This document shows, one piece after another, positions 8,332 through 19,359 of a stretch of DNA of 64,000 nucleotides (positions are counted from its first letter, which is position 1; every line of letters starts with the position of its first letter). The notes below the pieces were generated by a model that saw only the letters and a list, made by a program, of their open reading frames with translations, was not told the DNA's origin and made no database searches. Source of the DNA: an uncultured delta proteobacterium (GTDB taxonomy: Bacteria; Myxococcota; Myxococcia; Myxococcales; Anaeromyxobacteraceae); contig CAWJSR010000010.1 in NCBI GenBank assembly GCA_963845515.1, positions 156,623 through 220,622 on the forward strand. Direction: 5' to 3'. A program made the translations under genes and the position numbers.

Positions 8332-10062
8332 TCAAGCGGGCCTGCGCAGGTCCTTCAGCTTGAGCTGGAGGCGCCGCACGCCGTCCCACTCGTCGAAGCC
8401 CATCGTGAAGGCCGCCTCGATCTCGCCGGCGCACGCGTCGAGGCGATCGCCCATGCCGAAGCCGATGGTGTCGACGCCGCTCCCGAGCAGCATCTTGAGG
8501 TGACGCCCTTCGGCGCCGATCTTCCGCGCGCGCGCCGCCGGGCCCCGCAGCGCCCACACTGGCTCGGGGTGGCCGGCGCCGAAGGGGCCCAGCTTCGCCA
8601 GGTCCGTCGCGGCCAGCTCGCCGACGTCGCCGGAGGCAACCCAGCCGTCGATCCGTGTCCGCGGAACCAGATCCTCGGGGGCGATCGTCAGGGAGGCGTA
8701 CGCCTCGAACGCCTGCCGGAAGGCCGGCACGGAGGCCGGCTCGATCGTGACACCAGCCGCGTGCTTGTGGCCGCCGAAGCGGACGAGGTGCTCCGAGCAG
8801 GCGGCGAGGGCATCATAGAGGTGGAATCCCTCGATCGATCGGCCGCTCCCCTTGCCGACGCCGTCCAGCGCGCCGACGAGCACGGCCGGCCGGTGGAACC
8901 GCTCGACGATCCTGGACGCGACGATCCCCACGACGCCGGGATGCCAGCCGGGCCGATGGAGCACGAGGCCGCGAGCGCCCGCCTTCACGCGCGCAGCCGC
9001 GTCTTCGATCGCCTCCTCCAGGATGGCCCTCTCGATCTCCTGCCGCGCCTGGTTCTCGCGGTCGAGCTCCTCGGCGAGCGCGCGCGCCTCGCGGGCGTCG
9101 GCGGTCAGGAGCAGCCGTACGCCGCGCCCCGCGTCGTCGAGCCGCCCCGCGGCGTTGATCCTGGGGGCTAGCCGGAAACCGACCTGCCCGGCGCCTACAG
9201 GCGCGCCGTCGACGAGCCCCGCCACCCGCTTGAGCGCCGCGAGGCCGGGGCGCTTCGTGTTGGCCAGCTGCTCCAGCCCCCACTTCACCAGGATCCGGTT
9301 GGCGCCGACGAGCGGCACCACGTCGGCCACCGTCCCGAGGGCGACGAGGTCGAGCGCCTCCTTCAGGTTCGGCTCAGGCCGGTCGCCCCCGAACCGCCCG
9401 GCCTCGCGGAGCGCCTTTCGCAGCGCCATCACGAGCGCGAAGGTCACGCCGACCGCCGCCAGGTCCTTCGTCGGGTAGCCGCACCCGGGCTGGTGGGGGT
9501 TGAGGATGGCGACGGCCAGCGGAAGCTCCACCGGCACGGTGTGATGGTCGACTATTACCGTCTCGACCCCCGCCGCGGTCGCCGCGCGCACCTCCTCGAC
9601 GCCGGTGATGCCGCAGTCGAGCGTGACGAGCAGCTTGACGCCCTGCGTCGCGAGCCGCTCCACGGCCGCCACGTTCAGCCCATAGCCCTCGGCCAGCCGG
9701 TGTGGCGTGTAGGTGACGACGTCGGCCCCCGCGGCGCGCAGGAAGCCGGCGAGCAGGACCGTCGACGTGACGCCGTCCACGTCGTAGTCGCCGTAGCAGG
9801 CGATCCGTTCGCCCGCGACGAGCGCACGGGCGATCCGTTCGACCGCGCCGCGCATCCCCTTCATCGTGTTTGGATCGGGGAGATCGGCGAGCTTCGCCTC
9901 CAGGAAGGCGCCGGCCTCTGCCGGATCGCCGTGGCCGCGGGCCGCGAGGACCCGGGCCGCCAGGGGATGCAAGCGAAGCGCGCCGGCGAGCCTCTCCGCC
10001 GCCCCCACGTCCACCGTGGCCTCCACCCACCGCCTCGCTCCCCGTCCCTCGGCGCGCTCCAC
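8332..10062 (-). CDS. recJ: Single-stranded-DNA-specific exonuclease RecJ; start approximate
   Basis: YGDYDVDG, TLDCG, VDHH, GTVADVVPL, APRINAAGR and FGGHKHAAG. Confidence 0.96.
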   Translation of the reverse strand: MERAEGRGARRWVEATVDVGAAERLAGALRLHPLAARVLAARGHGDPAEAGAFLEAKLADLPDPNTMKGMRGAVERIARALVAGERIACYGDYDVDGVTSTVLLAGFLRAAGADVVTYTPHRLAEGYGLNVAAVERLATQGVKLLVTLDCGITGVEEVRAATAAGVETVIVDHHTVPVELPLAVAILNPHQPGCGYPTKDLAAVGVTFALVMALRKALREAGRFGGDRPEPNLKEALDLVALGTVADVVPLVGANRILVKWGLEQLANTKRPGLAALKRVAGLVDGAPVGAGQVGFRLAPRINAAGRLDDAGRGVRLLLTADAREARALAEELDRENQARQEIERAILEEAIEDAAARVKAGARGLVLHRPGWHPGVVGIVASRIVERFHRPAVLVGALDGVGKGSGRSIEGFHLYDALAACSEHLVRFGGHKHAAGVTIEPASVPAFRQAFEAYASLTIAPEDLVPRTRIDGWVASGDVGELAATDLAKLGPFGAGHPEPVWALRGPAARARKIGAEGRHLKMLLGSGVDTIGFGMGDRLDACAGEIEAAFTMGFDEWDGVRRLQLKLKDLRRPA

Positions 10063-10200
10063 GCACGGGTCGATATCAGCCGGGTCTGACACGGCCGCCG
10101 GCGCGGAAGTCCCAGGCCAACGTTCACCCTGGGGCCTGCGACCTCGTGCCGCCTGCCCATCTCCGCTCCAAGTCTTCACCATCTGAAAAGGCCCCCTGAC

Positions 10201-11391
10201 ATGAACCCCCTCGCCCTCGCGCTCGCTGCCCTCTCCGCCGCCCTGCCGGGCGCCGCGCCGGCGACGTCCTCCGGCGCGGACCCCGGGCCGAAGCCGATCC
10301 TGATCGGGCTCGACGCCGAGTTCGGGCGCCCCACGGGCACCGCCGACGACGCCATCAAGCAGGGGATCCTCATCGCCATCGACGAGGTCAACCGCGCCGG
10401 CGGCCTGCTCGGCGGCCGTAAGCTCGCGCTCGTCGAGACCGACAACCGCTCGGTCCCGGCGCGGGCGGTCCAGAACACGACCGAGCTAGGCGCCAACCCG
10501 GACGTGGTCGCCATGTTCTGCGGCCGGTTCTCCACCGCCGTGATGGAGACGCTCGACGCGGTCCACGCCGCGAGGATCCCGCTGCTGGACCCGTGGGCGG
10601 CGGCTGACAAGCTCGTCGACAACGGCCGCTCCCCGAACTACGTCTTCCGCCTCTCGCTCCGCGACAGCTGGGCGGTGCCGGCGATGCTCGACCACGCCCA
10701 CGGGCACGGCTACCGGCGGCTCGCCGTGCTGGTGGCCAACGTCGCCTGGGGGCGCGCCAACCAGTCCCTCATCGAGAAGCTCGCCCCCGCCCGCGGCTTC
10801 ACCCTCGTCGGCGCCGAGTCGTTCCGGTACGGCGACGGCACGGTCATGTCGAAGTACCGCTCCCTGCTCGAGGCGAGGCCGGACGCGCTGCTGATCGTGA
10901 CGAGCGAGAACGAGGGGGTGGAGCTGATAAAGGGCGTGGCGGCGCTCCCAGCTAGGAAGCGGCTCCCGCTCCTCAGCCACTGGAGCATCACGGGATCGAA
11001 CTTCCGGGCGCTCACCGGGGCCGCGCTGGACCGGGTCGACCTGGCCGTCGTCCAGACCTGGAGCATCAAGGACGCTGGAGGGAGGCGGCTCGACGCGGTG
11101 CTCGCGGCGGCCCGAAGGCTCTTCGGCGTGAGGTCGGCTACCGGGATCGTGTCGCCGGTCGGCCTGGCCCACGCCTATGACCTGACCCACCTGCTGGCGA
11201 ACGCCATCGCGAAGGCCGGCAGCACCGACCGCGCCGCCGTCCGCGACGCGCTGGAGCGGCTGGGGCCGTACGAGGGGCTGATCAAGACCTACCACCAGCC
11301 CTTCACGGCCGACCGTCACGAGGCGCTCTCGTCCACCGACGTCTTCCTGGCGCGCTACGCGCGCGGCGGGACGCTGGTCCGGATCCGCTGA
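10201..11391 (+). CDS. LivK-like periplasmic substrate-binding protein, orphan
   Basis: Signal peptide; AIDEVNRAGGLLGGRKLALVETDN, NYVFRLS and AHAYD. No permease genes adjacent. Confidence 0.85.
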   Translation: MNPLALALAALSAALPGAAPATSSGADPGPKPILIGLDAEFGRPTGTADDAIKQGILIAIDEVNRAGGLLGGRKLALVETDNRSVPARAVQNTTELGANPDVVAMFCGRFSTAVMETLDAVHAARIPLLDPWAAADKLVDNGRSPNYVFRLSLRDSWAVPAMLDHAHGHGYRRLAVLVANVAWGRANQSLIEKLAPARGFTLVGAESFRYGDGTVMSKYRSLLEARPDALLIVTSENEGVELIKGVAALPARKRLPLLSHWSITGSNFRALTGAALDRVDLAVVQTWSIKDAGGRRLDAVLAAARRLFGVRSATGIVSPVGLAHAYDLTHLLANAIAKAGSTDRAAVRDALERLGPYEGLIKTYHQPFTADRHEALSSTDVFLARYARGGTLVRIR

Positions 11392-11403
11392 GGGCCTTTG
11401 CGG

Positions 11404-11445
11404 GCTCCCTCACCCTGACCCTCTCCCTCGGTGAGGGAGAGGGGA
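11404..11445 (+). repeat. Intergenic palindromic REP-like repeat, copy 1
   Basis: GCTCCCTCACCCTGACCCTCTCCCTCGGTGAGGGAGAGGGGA; exact reverse complement at 25968-26009. Confidence 0.9.
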
Positions 11446-11477
11446 CAGTCGTCGAGGGAGGGGACAGCAGTCGCCTA

Positions 11478-12638
11478 CTAGGCCGGTGACCGGACGCCGG
11501 CCTTCTTCGCCGCCCGCTCCTCGAGCCAGACCGTCATCGGCGCGGCGATGAACCACGTCGAGTAGGTGCCCGAGACGATGCCGATGAGCATCGCGAAGGC
11601 GAAGTCGAAGATCGTCCCGACGCCGAAGATCAGGAGGCCGACCAGCGAGAGGGCCGTGGCGAAGGACGTCAGGAACGTCCGACCCAGCGTCTCGTTGATC
11701 GACACGTTCACGATGTCGCCGAGCGCCTTCCCCTTCAGCTTCTGCGCGTTCTCGCGGATACGATCGTAGACGACGACCGTGTCGTTGACCGAGTAGCCGA
11801 CCACCGTGAGGATCACGGCGATCGAGGTCAGGTTGAACTCGCGTCCGCTGAAGGCGAAGTAGCCGAACGTGATGATGGCGTCGTGGATGATCGCGATGAT
11901 CACGCCCGGGGCGAAGCGGAAGTCGAACCGCAGGCCGACGTAGATCACGATGAGGGCCATGGCGTAGAGGACCGCCTTGAACCCCTGGTTGCGCAGCTCG
12001 CGCCCGACCGCCGGACCGACGAACTCGAGGCGGCGGACCTCCGGCTTCGCCTGGGCGAAGCGGACGCCCAGGTCCTGCTCCACCTTCTCCCGGATCCCCT
12101 GCGTGATGACGGCGTAGGAGCGTGTGCCGGCCGCGAGCCCCTGCTCGTCGCGGACCTCGCGCACCCGGACGCCGGCCTGCTCCACGACGACCTTGAGCGC
12201 GGCCGGGTCCACGGGGGAGTCGAACTGGAAGTCGACCTTGTCCCCCATGTCGGCGTTGAAGGCAGGCTGCCCCTTCACCGGGAAGGCGGCGCGTACCGCC
12301 CCCACCACCTTCTCGAAGTCCTCGGCGCTCATGAGGGCGACGCGCCCGACGCGGATGAGGAAGGTGTTCTCGGACACGGCGCCGTACGTCTGGACCGACG
12401 CGTCCTTGAACCCCAGGGCCTCCACGCCGTGCCGGATGTCGCCGGGGTCGACGGCTGCGGAGAACTTCACCTCCATCTCGGTGCCGCCGGCGAAGTCGAC
12501 GCCGAAGTTGAGCCCCTTGATGGACCAGCCGATGACGGCGAGGTTGACCAGCAGCGAGAGCACCACGGCGATGTGGCGCTTCCCGACGAAGTCGAACTTC
12601 GTGCCGTGTGGGACGATGTCGAAGCTCTTGAAGATCAT
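11478..12638 (-). CDS. secF: Protein translocase subunit SecF
   Basis: GVDFAGG, VGPAVG, HDAIIT and GYSVNDTVVVYDRIRE. Confidence 0.97.
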   Translation of the reverse strand: MIFKSFDIVPHGTKFDFVGKRHIAVVLSLLVNLAVIGWSIKGLNFGVDFAGGTEMEVKFSAAVDPGDIRHGVEALGFKDASVQTYGAVSENTFLIRVGRVALMSAEDFEKVVGAVRAAFPVKGQPAFNADMGDKVDFQFDSPVDPAALKVVVEQAGVRVREVRDEQGLAAGTRSYAVITQGIREKVEQDLGVRFAQAKPEVRRLEFVGPAVGRELRNQGFKAVLYAMALIVIYVGLRFDFRFAPGVIIAIIHDAIITFGYFAFSGREFNLTSIAVILTVVGYSVNDTVVVYDRIRENAQKLKGKALGDIVNVSINETLGRTFLTSFATALSLVGLLIFGVGTIFDFAFAMLIGIVSGTYSTWFIAAPMTVWLEERAAKKAGVRSPA

Positions 12639-14470
12639 CAGACGCTCAGCCTCGCCGTGTCGTGGCGCGTGAAGTACTCCATGAAGACGCGGGTCACCAC
12701 GATGCTCGTGAACATCGAGGCAACCAGGCCGATGATCAGGGTCACCGCGAAGCCGCGCACCGGGCCGGTGCCGTAGTTCATGAGCACCACCGCGGCCGCC
12801 AGCGTCGTCACGTGCGCGTCGACGATGGTCCAGAAGACCTTGTCGTAGCCGAGCTGGACCGCCTGCTTGGTCCCCTTGCCCGCCCGGAGCTCCTCGCGGA
12901 TGCGCTCGTTGATGAGCACGTTGGCGTCGACCGCCATGCCCAGGGTGAGGACGAAGCCTGCGATGCCCGGCAGGGTCAAGGTGGAGCCGATCATCGACAT
13001 GACCGCGAGGACCAGCAGTCCGTTCAGGGCCAGCGCCACGTCGGCGATGAGCCCGCTGCCGCGGTAGTAGAGCACCATGAAGACGAGGACGATGGCGAGG
13101 CCGACGAGCGCCGCGAGCGTCCCTGCCCGCACCAGCTCGGGCCCGAGCGTCGCGCCGACGGTCCGCTCCTCGAAGATGGTCATCGGCGCGGGGAGGGCGC
13201 CGGCCTTCAGGACGAGGGCGATCTCGTTCGCCTCGTCGTTCATCTCCTGGAAGTTCTTGCCGCCGCCCAGCGTGATCTGCCCGTTGGACGAGATCGTGGA
13301 CTGGATGTACGGGGCCGTCTCGACCTTGTCGTCGAGGACGGTGGCCATCCGCCGCTTCACGTTGTCGGTCGTGAGCTTCTCCATCAGCCGGGCACCCTCC
13401 GCCGACATCGCGAAGGTCACGATCGGCTTCCCGCCACCGATGGCCGCCTGGTCGAAGCTGGCGCGCGCGTCGGCGATGTAGTCGCCGGTCATCTCCACCT
13501 TCGAGCGCATCAGGAAGGTCCGGTAGTAACCCTTCCGGAAGGCGCCCTCCCCGACGAAGCTCTCGCCGACGCCGATCGTGTTCTTGGCAGCGTCCACGAG
13601 CGGCTTCACCTTGTCGGCGATCACCTTGTCGAGCTGCGTACGGTCGTTGGCCGCGACCACCGTGCTCTCGCGGGTGGCGCCAGTCGGCAGCTCGACGTTC
13701 TCGACCGTCCAGCAGCCGGTCTCGGGCAGCGGGAGCTGGATGCCATCACGGGTGCTCGCGCAGACGGGGAGCTGGCCCCGCACGGCGTCGAGGGCCGGGT
13801 TCTCGTCGTCGCAGATCCTGAACTCGAGCTGCGCGGTCCGCCCGAGCAGCTCCTTCGCCTTCTGGGGGTCCTTGAACCCCGGCAGCTGGATCTGGACCTG
13901 GTTGACGCCCTTGCGCTTGATGTCGGGCTCGGTCACGCCCCACTTGTCGATGCGGTTGCGGATGGTCTTCTCCGCCTGCTGGACCGCCTTGGCGCGAAAC
14001 TCCTGGACCACCTTGTCCATGAAGGCGAAGTGCACGGCGCCGGCGGGCGCGCCGCCCGGCGCGTACATCTCCTGGCCGTAGCCGTCGAGCACGCTCGCCT
14101 CGAGCGCGCCCGCGTCGGCGGTGCGGCACTCCACCCGGGCGCCGTCGGCGGTGGGGGCGCAGGACTCGAAGGCGACCTTCTTCTCCTGGAGCCAGCTCGT
14201 GATCTCGTCGGCGCGACGGGCCACCTTCGCCTTCACGGCCTTGTCGACGTCGACTCCCATCGCGAGGTGGATGCCGCCCTGCAGGTCGAGTCCGAGGTTC
14301 AGGTGCTTCTTCGCGTTGGGCGCCCAGCGCGGGACCGACTTCTCGAACGCGTCGGTGTTCCGCTGCTCCGGCGACAGGCTGAAGTAGTGCCAGGTCGGGA
14401 CAAGCTGGTAGACGGAGAGGACCGTGACCGCGAGGACGATCGCGAGCCTCCAGTTCCAGGAGCGATCCAT
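12638..14470 (-). CDS. secD: Protein translocase subunit SecD
   Basis: LNLGLDLQGG, GALPAP and GMAVDANVLINERIREE. Confidence 0.97.
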   Translation of the reverse strand: MDRSWNWRLAIVLAVTVLSVYQLVPTWHYFSLSPEQRNTDAFEKSVPRWAPNAKKHLNLGLDLQGGIHLAMGVDVDKAVKAKVARRADEITSWLQEKKVAFESCAPTADGARVECRTADAGALEASVLDGYGQEMYAPGGAPAGAVHFAFMDKVVQEFRAKAVQQAEKTIRNRIDKWGVTEPDIKRKGVNQVQIQLPGFKDPQKAKELLGRTAQLEFRICDDENPALDAVRGQLPVCASTRDGIQLPLPETGCWTVENVELPTGATRESTVVAANDRTQLDKVIADKVKPLVDAAKNTIGVGESFVGEGAFRKGYYRTFLMRSKVEMTGDYIADARASFDQAAIGGGKPIVTFAMSAEGARLMEKLTTDNVKRRMATVLDDKVETAPYIQSTISSNGQITLGGGKNFQEMNDEANEIALVLKAGALPAPMTIFEERTVGATLGPELVRAGTLAALVGLAIVLVFMVLYYRGSGLIADVALALNGLLVLAVMSMIGSTLTLPGIAGFVLTLGMAVDANVLINERIREELRAGKGTKQAVQLGYDKVFWTIVDAHVTTLAAAVVLMNYGTGPVRGFAVTLIIGLVASMFTSIVVTRVFMEYFTRHDTARLSV

Positions 14471-14471
14471 C

Positions 14472-14831
14472 CTACTTACCCTCCGCCTTCGGCGCGTCGG
14501 AGACGATCGCGCCGTCCCTCCACGCCCCGGCGATCTGCGGCTTGAGGACCTTGAGCTTGGTGCCGCCGCCGACGTCCAGGATCACGGTCTTCTCCTCGAC
14601 CGCGTAGACGGTGCCGATGATGCCGCCCTGCGTCGCCACCTCGTCACCCTTCTTGAGCGTGGAGACGAAGGACTGGTGCTGCTTCGCCGTCTTGGACTGC
14701 GGGCGGATGACGAGGAAGTAGAAGATGCCGAAGAGAACGAGCGGCAGCCCGAGCAGGTTGAGGAGGCTCTGGGGGCCGGCTGGCTGTGCCTCTGCCGTCT
14801 GGGAGAGGAATGCGTGCAGTGCGGGGGACAT
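14472..14831 (-). CDS. yajC: Preprotein translocase subunit YajC
   Basis: FYFLVIRPQ and LKKGDEVATQGGIIG; lies between tgt and secD. Confidence 0.95.
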   Translation of the reverse strand: MSPALHAFLSQTAEAQPAGPQSLLNLLGLPLVLFGIFYFLVIRPQSKTAKQHQSFVSTLKKGDEVATQGGIIGTVYAVEEKTVILDVGGGTKLKVLKPQIAGAWRDGAIVSDAPKAEGK

Positions 14832-14903
14832 GTGTGCTCCGGGCGTTACGGGAAAAGTGCCGGTAGTTACCAACATTTCCGGGTGGCGGGCAACCGGATT
14901 CGC

Positions 14904-16785
<1,882 letters not shown>

Positions 16786-16813
16786 TCTGCGTCACCCCGC
16801 CCGGTTGACCGCA

Positions 16814-17866
16814 TTATTCCACGACGGCCGAGCGGTTGCGCTCGATCAGCATGGCGTCCCCGTAACTGAAGAACCGATACCGCCTGGCCACCGCCTCGCG
16901 GTAGGCATCCAGGATCCGCTCCCGCCCCCCAAGGGCACAGGCGAGCACCAGCAGTGTAGACCGCGGGAGGTGGAAGTTGGTGAGGAGTCCATCGACTGCC
17001 CCGAAAGGATGGCCCGGCCGGATGAAGAGCTCCGTTCGCCCCTCCCCCGCCACGAGCCGTCCCCCGCTCCAGGCGCTCTCGAGGGTCCGCGCCGAGGTGG
17101 TCCCGACGGCGACCACGCGCCCGCCCCGAGCCCGGGCGCGGGCGACCGCCGCGACGGCCTGCTCGGGGACCTCGAAGCGCTCGCCGTGCATCCGGTGATC
17201 GTCGAGCCTCTCTGCCCGGACGGGCAGGAAGGTGCCGGGGCCGACGTGGAGGGTCACCGTGGTCCGCTCCACGCCTCTCGCCGCCAGCCGCTCCAGCAGC
17301 GCCGGCGTGAAGTGCAGCCCAGCCGTCGGCGCAGCGGCGCTGCCCGGCGAGCGGGCCAGGACCGTCTGGTAGCGCTCCAGATCGTGCTCGTCGGGCTCGC
17401 GCCGGATGTACGGCGGGAGCGGCAGCCGGCCCGCGCGCGCCAGCGCCTCTTCCAGATCCGCCCCCTCGCGGTCGAGGACGACCGTGTAGAACCCCGCCCC
17501 CTCAGACGCCTCGACGGTCGCGGTCAGCCCGTCGAAGAGGAGCCGCGCGCCCGCGCGGATGGCCTTCGAGGCCTGCCCCATCGCGCGCCAGCGTCGACCG
17601 AGGCCGCCAGCGAGCGGCTCGCAGAGGAGCAGCTCGACCTTGCCTCCGGACTCCTTCTTCCCCAGGAGCCTCGCCGGGATGACGCGCGTGTCGTTCAGGA
17701 CCAGCAGGTCGCCGGGGGCGAGCAGCTCGGGGAGGTCGGCGATCATCCGGTGCGCGAACGGCCCGCCCGTCGGCACGACGAGCAGTCGCGCCGCGTCGCG
17801 TGGCTCGATGGGCGCCTGCGCGATCAGCTCCTCCGGCAGGTCGTAGTCGTAGTCCGAGATCCGCAT
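16814..17866 (-). CDS. queA: S-adenosylmethionine:tRNA ribosyltransferase-isomerase
   Basis: DYDLPEELIAQ, LPPYI, AAPTAGLHFT, TNFHLP and YRFFSYGDAM. Confidence 0.97.
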   Translation of the reverse strand: MRISDYDYDLPEELIAQAPIEPRDAARLLVVPTGGPFAHRMIADLPELLAPGDLLVLNDTRVIPARLLGKKESGGKVELLLCEPLAGGLGRRWRAMGQASKAIRAGARLLFDGLTATVEASEGAGFYTVVLDREGADLEEALARAGRLPLPPYIRREPDEHDLERYQTVLARSPGSAAAPTAGLHFTPALLERLAARGVERTTVTLHVGPGTFLPVRAERLDDHRMHGERFEVPEQAVAAVARARARGGRVVAVGTTSARTLESAWSGGRLVAGEGRTELFIRPGHPFGAVDGLLTNFHLPRSTLLVLACALGGRERILDAYREAVARRYRFFSYGDAMLIERNRSAVVE

Positions 17867-17898
17867 TTCCACGGTTCGGATAGCATCCCCAGACCCCG

Positions 17899-19245
17899 AT
17901 GTCCCCCCTTCCGCTCCTGCTCCTGCTCTTCCCCGCCGGCGCGCTGGCGCTCGGCATCACGCTGGCGCGCCGCCTCCCCGCGGAAGAGCGCGCTGTGCTC
18001 GCGCTCGCCGGCGCGCTCCTCGTCGCGTCCGCGCTCCTCTCGCCCGCGCTGCCACTCCACGATCCGTGGACGCATTACCTTCACCTCCGCGCCGCGCTGG
18101 AGGACCCTCTCCGCGTCCTCGACCTCTGGGATCGCCCGGGCTTCACCCTCCTCGCCGCCGGTCCCGCGGCGTTCGGAATCCGCGCGGCCCGCCTCGCCGC
18201 GGTCGCGACGGCCATCGTCGCGCTGGCGGCGACGATGCTGACCGCCCGCGCACTCGGGCTCGCGCGCCCCTGGGCGGCGGGGCTCCTGATGCTCGCGCAG
18301 TACGACTTCTTCGGCCAGGGCGCCTCGACGATGACCGAGCTGCCGTTCGCGGCGGCGCTCGCGATCGCCCTCCTCGGCTGGGCCGAGGGGCGGCCCTGGC
18401 TCGTCGCCGCCGGGCTCGCCTGGGCAGGGATCGCCCGTCCCGAGGGGCCGGCCTTCGCGGCCCTCGGCGCGCTGGCGATCCTCCTCCGGTGGCGCCGGCT
18501 CGCTCCTGCCGTCGCGGCCGGCGTGCCGTTCCTCGTCTATGTCACCGCCGGTGCGCTCCTGTACGGCGACCCGCTCTGGATGGCGAACATGAACCCGTAC
18601 CGGGGGCACATCTCGCTGCTCCCGGACCCCCGGCAGCTCTACCGCAGCTACTTCTTCACGGCCCTGGCGCTCTCCCAGGGGCCAGCGCTCGTCCTGCTGG
18701 AGGCGGCCGGCGCGGCGCTCGCCGTCTGGGGCCCGGCGCGACGGCTCCGCTTCGTGCTCGCTCCGCTCGCCATCACCTTCCTGCTCCTCACCTTCGTCCG
18801 GACCGGCGACACCGACACCTGGCGGGAGAGCCGGTATCTCGTGACGGTCGCGCCCGCGCTGGCGCTCCTCGCGGCCGCTGCGCTCGACGCGCTCCTGGCG
18901 CACTTCCCTCGAATCGCGCCCCCGGCGCTCCTCGCGCTCGCCGGGTGGGCCGGGTGGCGCGTCGTCCGCTACCACTGGGCGGCGGCGGGCGTCTCGCCCC
19001 CAGTCGCCACGGCGGTGGTCTCCGCGGTCGTCGTCGTCCTCGTGGCGGTCCTCTGGCTGCTCCGCGGCCGCATCGCGCCGGCGGCGGCCTTCTGCGCCCT
19101 GCTGGTCGCGACCGTTGCGTCGATCCCGCCGGGAGCGCTCGGGCGCCACAGGGAGGTGCTCCCGGGCTACGGCGACGACCATCACCACCCCGAGAGAGCG
19201 GCCCCGCCGCCACCGCCCTCGGCACCCGATCGCGCCGTCCGCTGA
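17899..19245 (+). CDS. Polytopic membrane protein, GT-C glycosyltransferase-like
   Basis: More than 10 hydrophobic segments; MTELPF, ARPEG and ESRYL resemble ArnT/PMT-type proteins. Confidence 0.55.
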   Translation: MSPLPLLLLLFPAGALALGITLARRLPAEERAVLALAGALLVASALLSPALPLHDPWTHYLHLRAALEDPLRVLDLWDRPGFTLLAAGPAAFGIRAARLAAVATAIVALAATMLTARALGLARPWAAGLLMLAQYDFFGQGASTMTELPFAAALAIALLGWAEGRPWLVAAGLAWAGIARPEGPAFAALGALAILLRWRRLAPAVAAGVPFLVYVTAGALLYGDPLWMANMNPYRGHISLLPDPRQLYRSYFFTALALSQGPALVLLEAAGAALAVWGPARRLRFVLAPLAITFLLLTFVRTGDTDTWRESRYLVTVAPALALLAAAALDALLAHFPRIAPPALLALAGWAGWRVVRYHWAAAGVSPPVATAVVSAVVVVLVAVLWLLRGRIAPAAAFCALLVATVASIPPGALGRHREVLPGYGDDHHHPERAAPPPPPSAPDRAVR

Positions 19246-19255
19246 GCCCTCACGA

Positions 19256-19292
19256 AAGACGAGGGCCCCGGCCGGACTGGCCGAGGCCCTCG
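19256..19292 (-). terminator. Intrinsic terminator-like hairpin downstream of the cytochrome gene
   Basis: CGAGGGCCCCGGCC-ggact-GGCCGAGGCCCTCG stem followed by TCTTT on the minus strand, between convergent genes. Confidence 0.55.
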
Positions 19293-19359
19293 AGGTGAAG
19301 TCGGGAGCGGGCTGGCCGGGTCCTGGGACCCGGCGTGGCCGGCTAGCCGAGCTTGTGCG

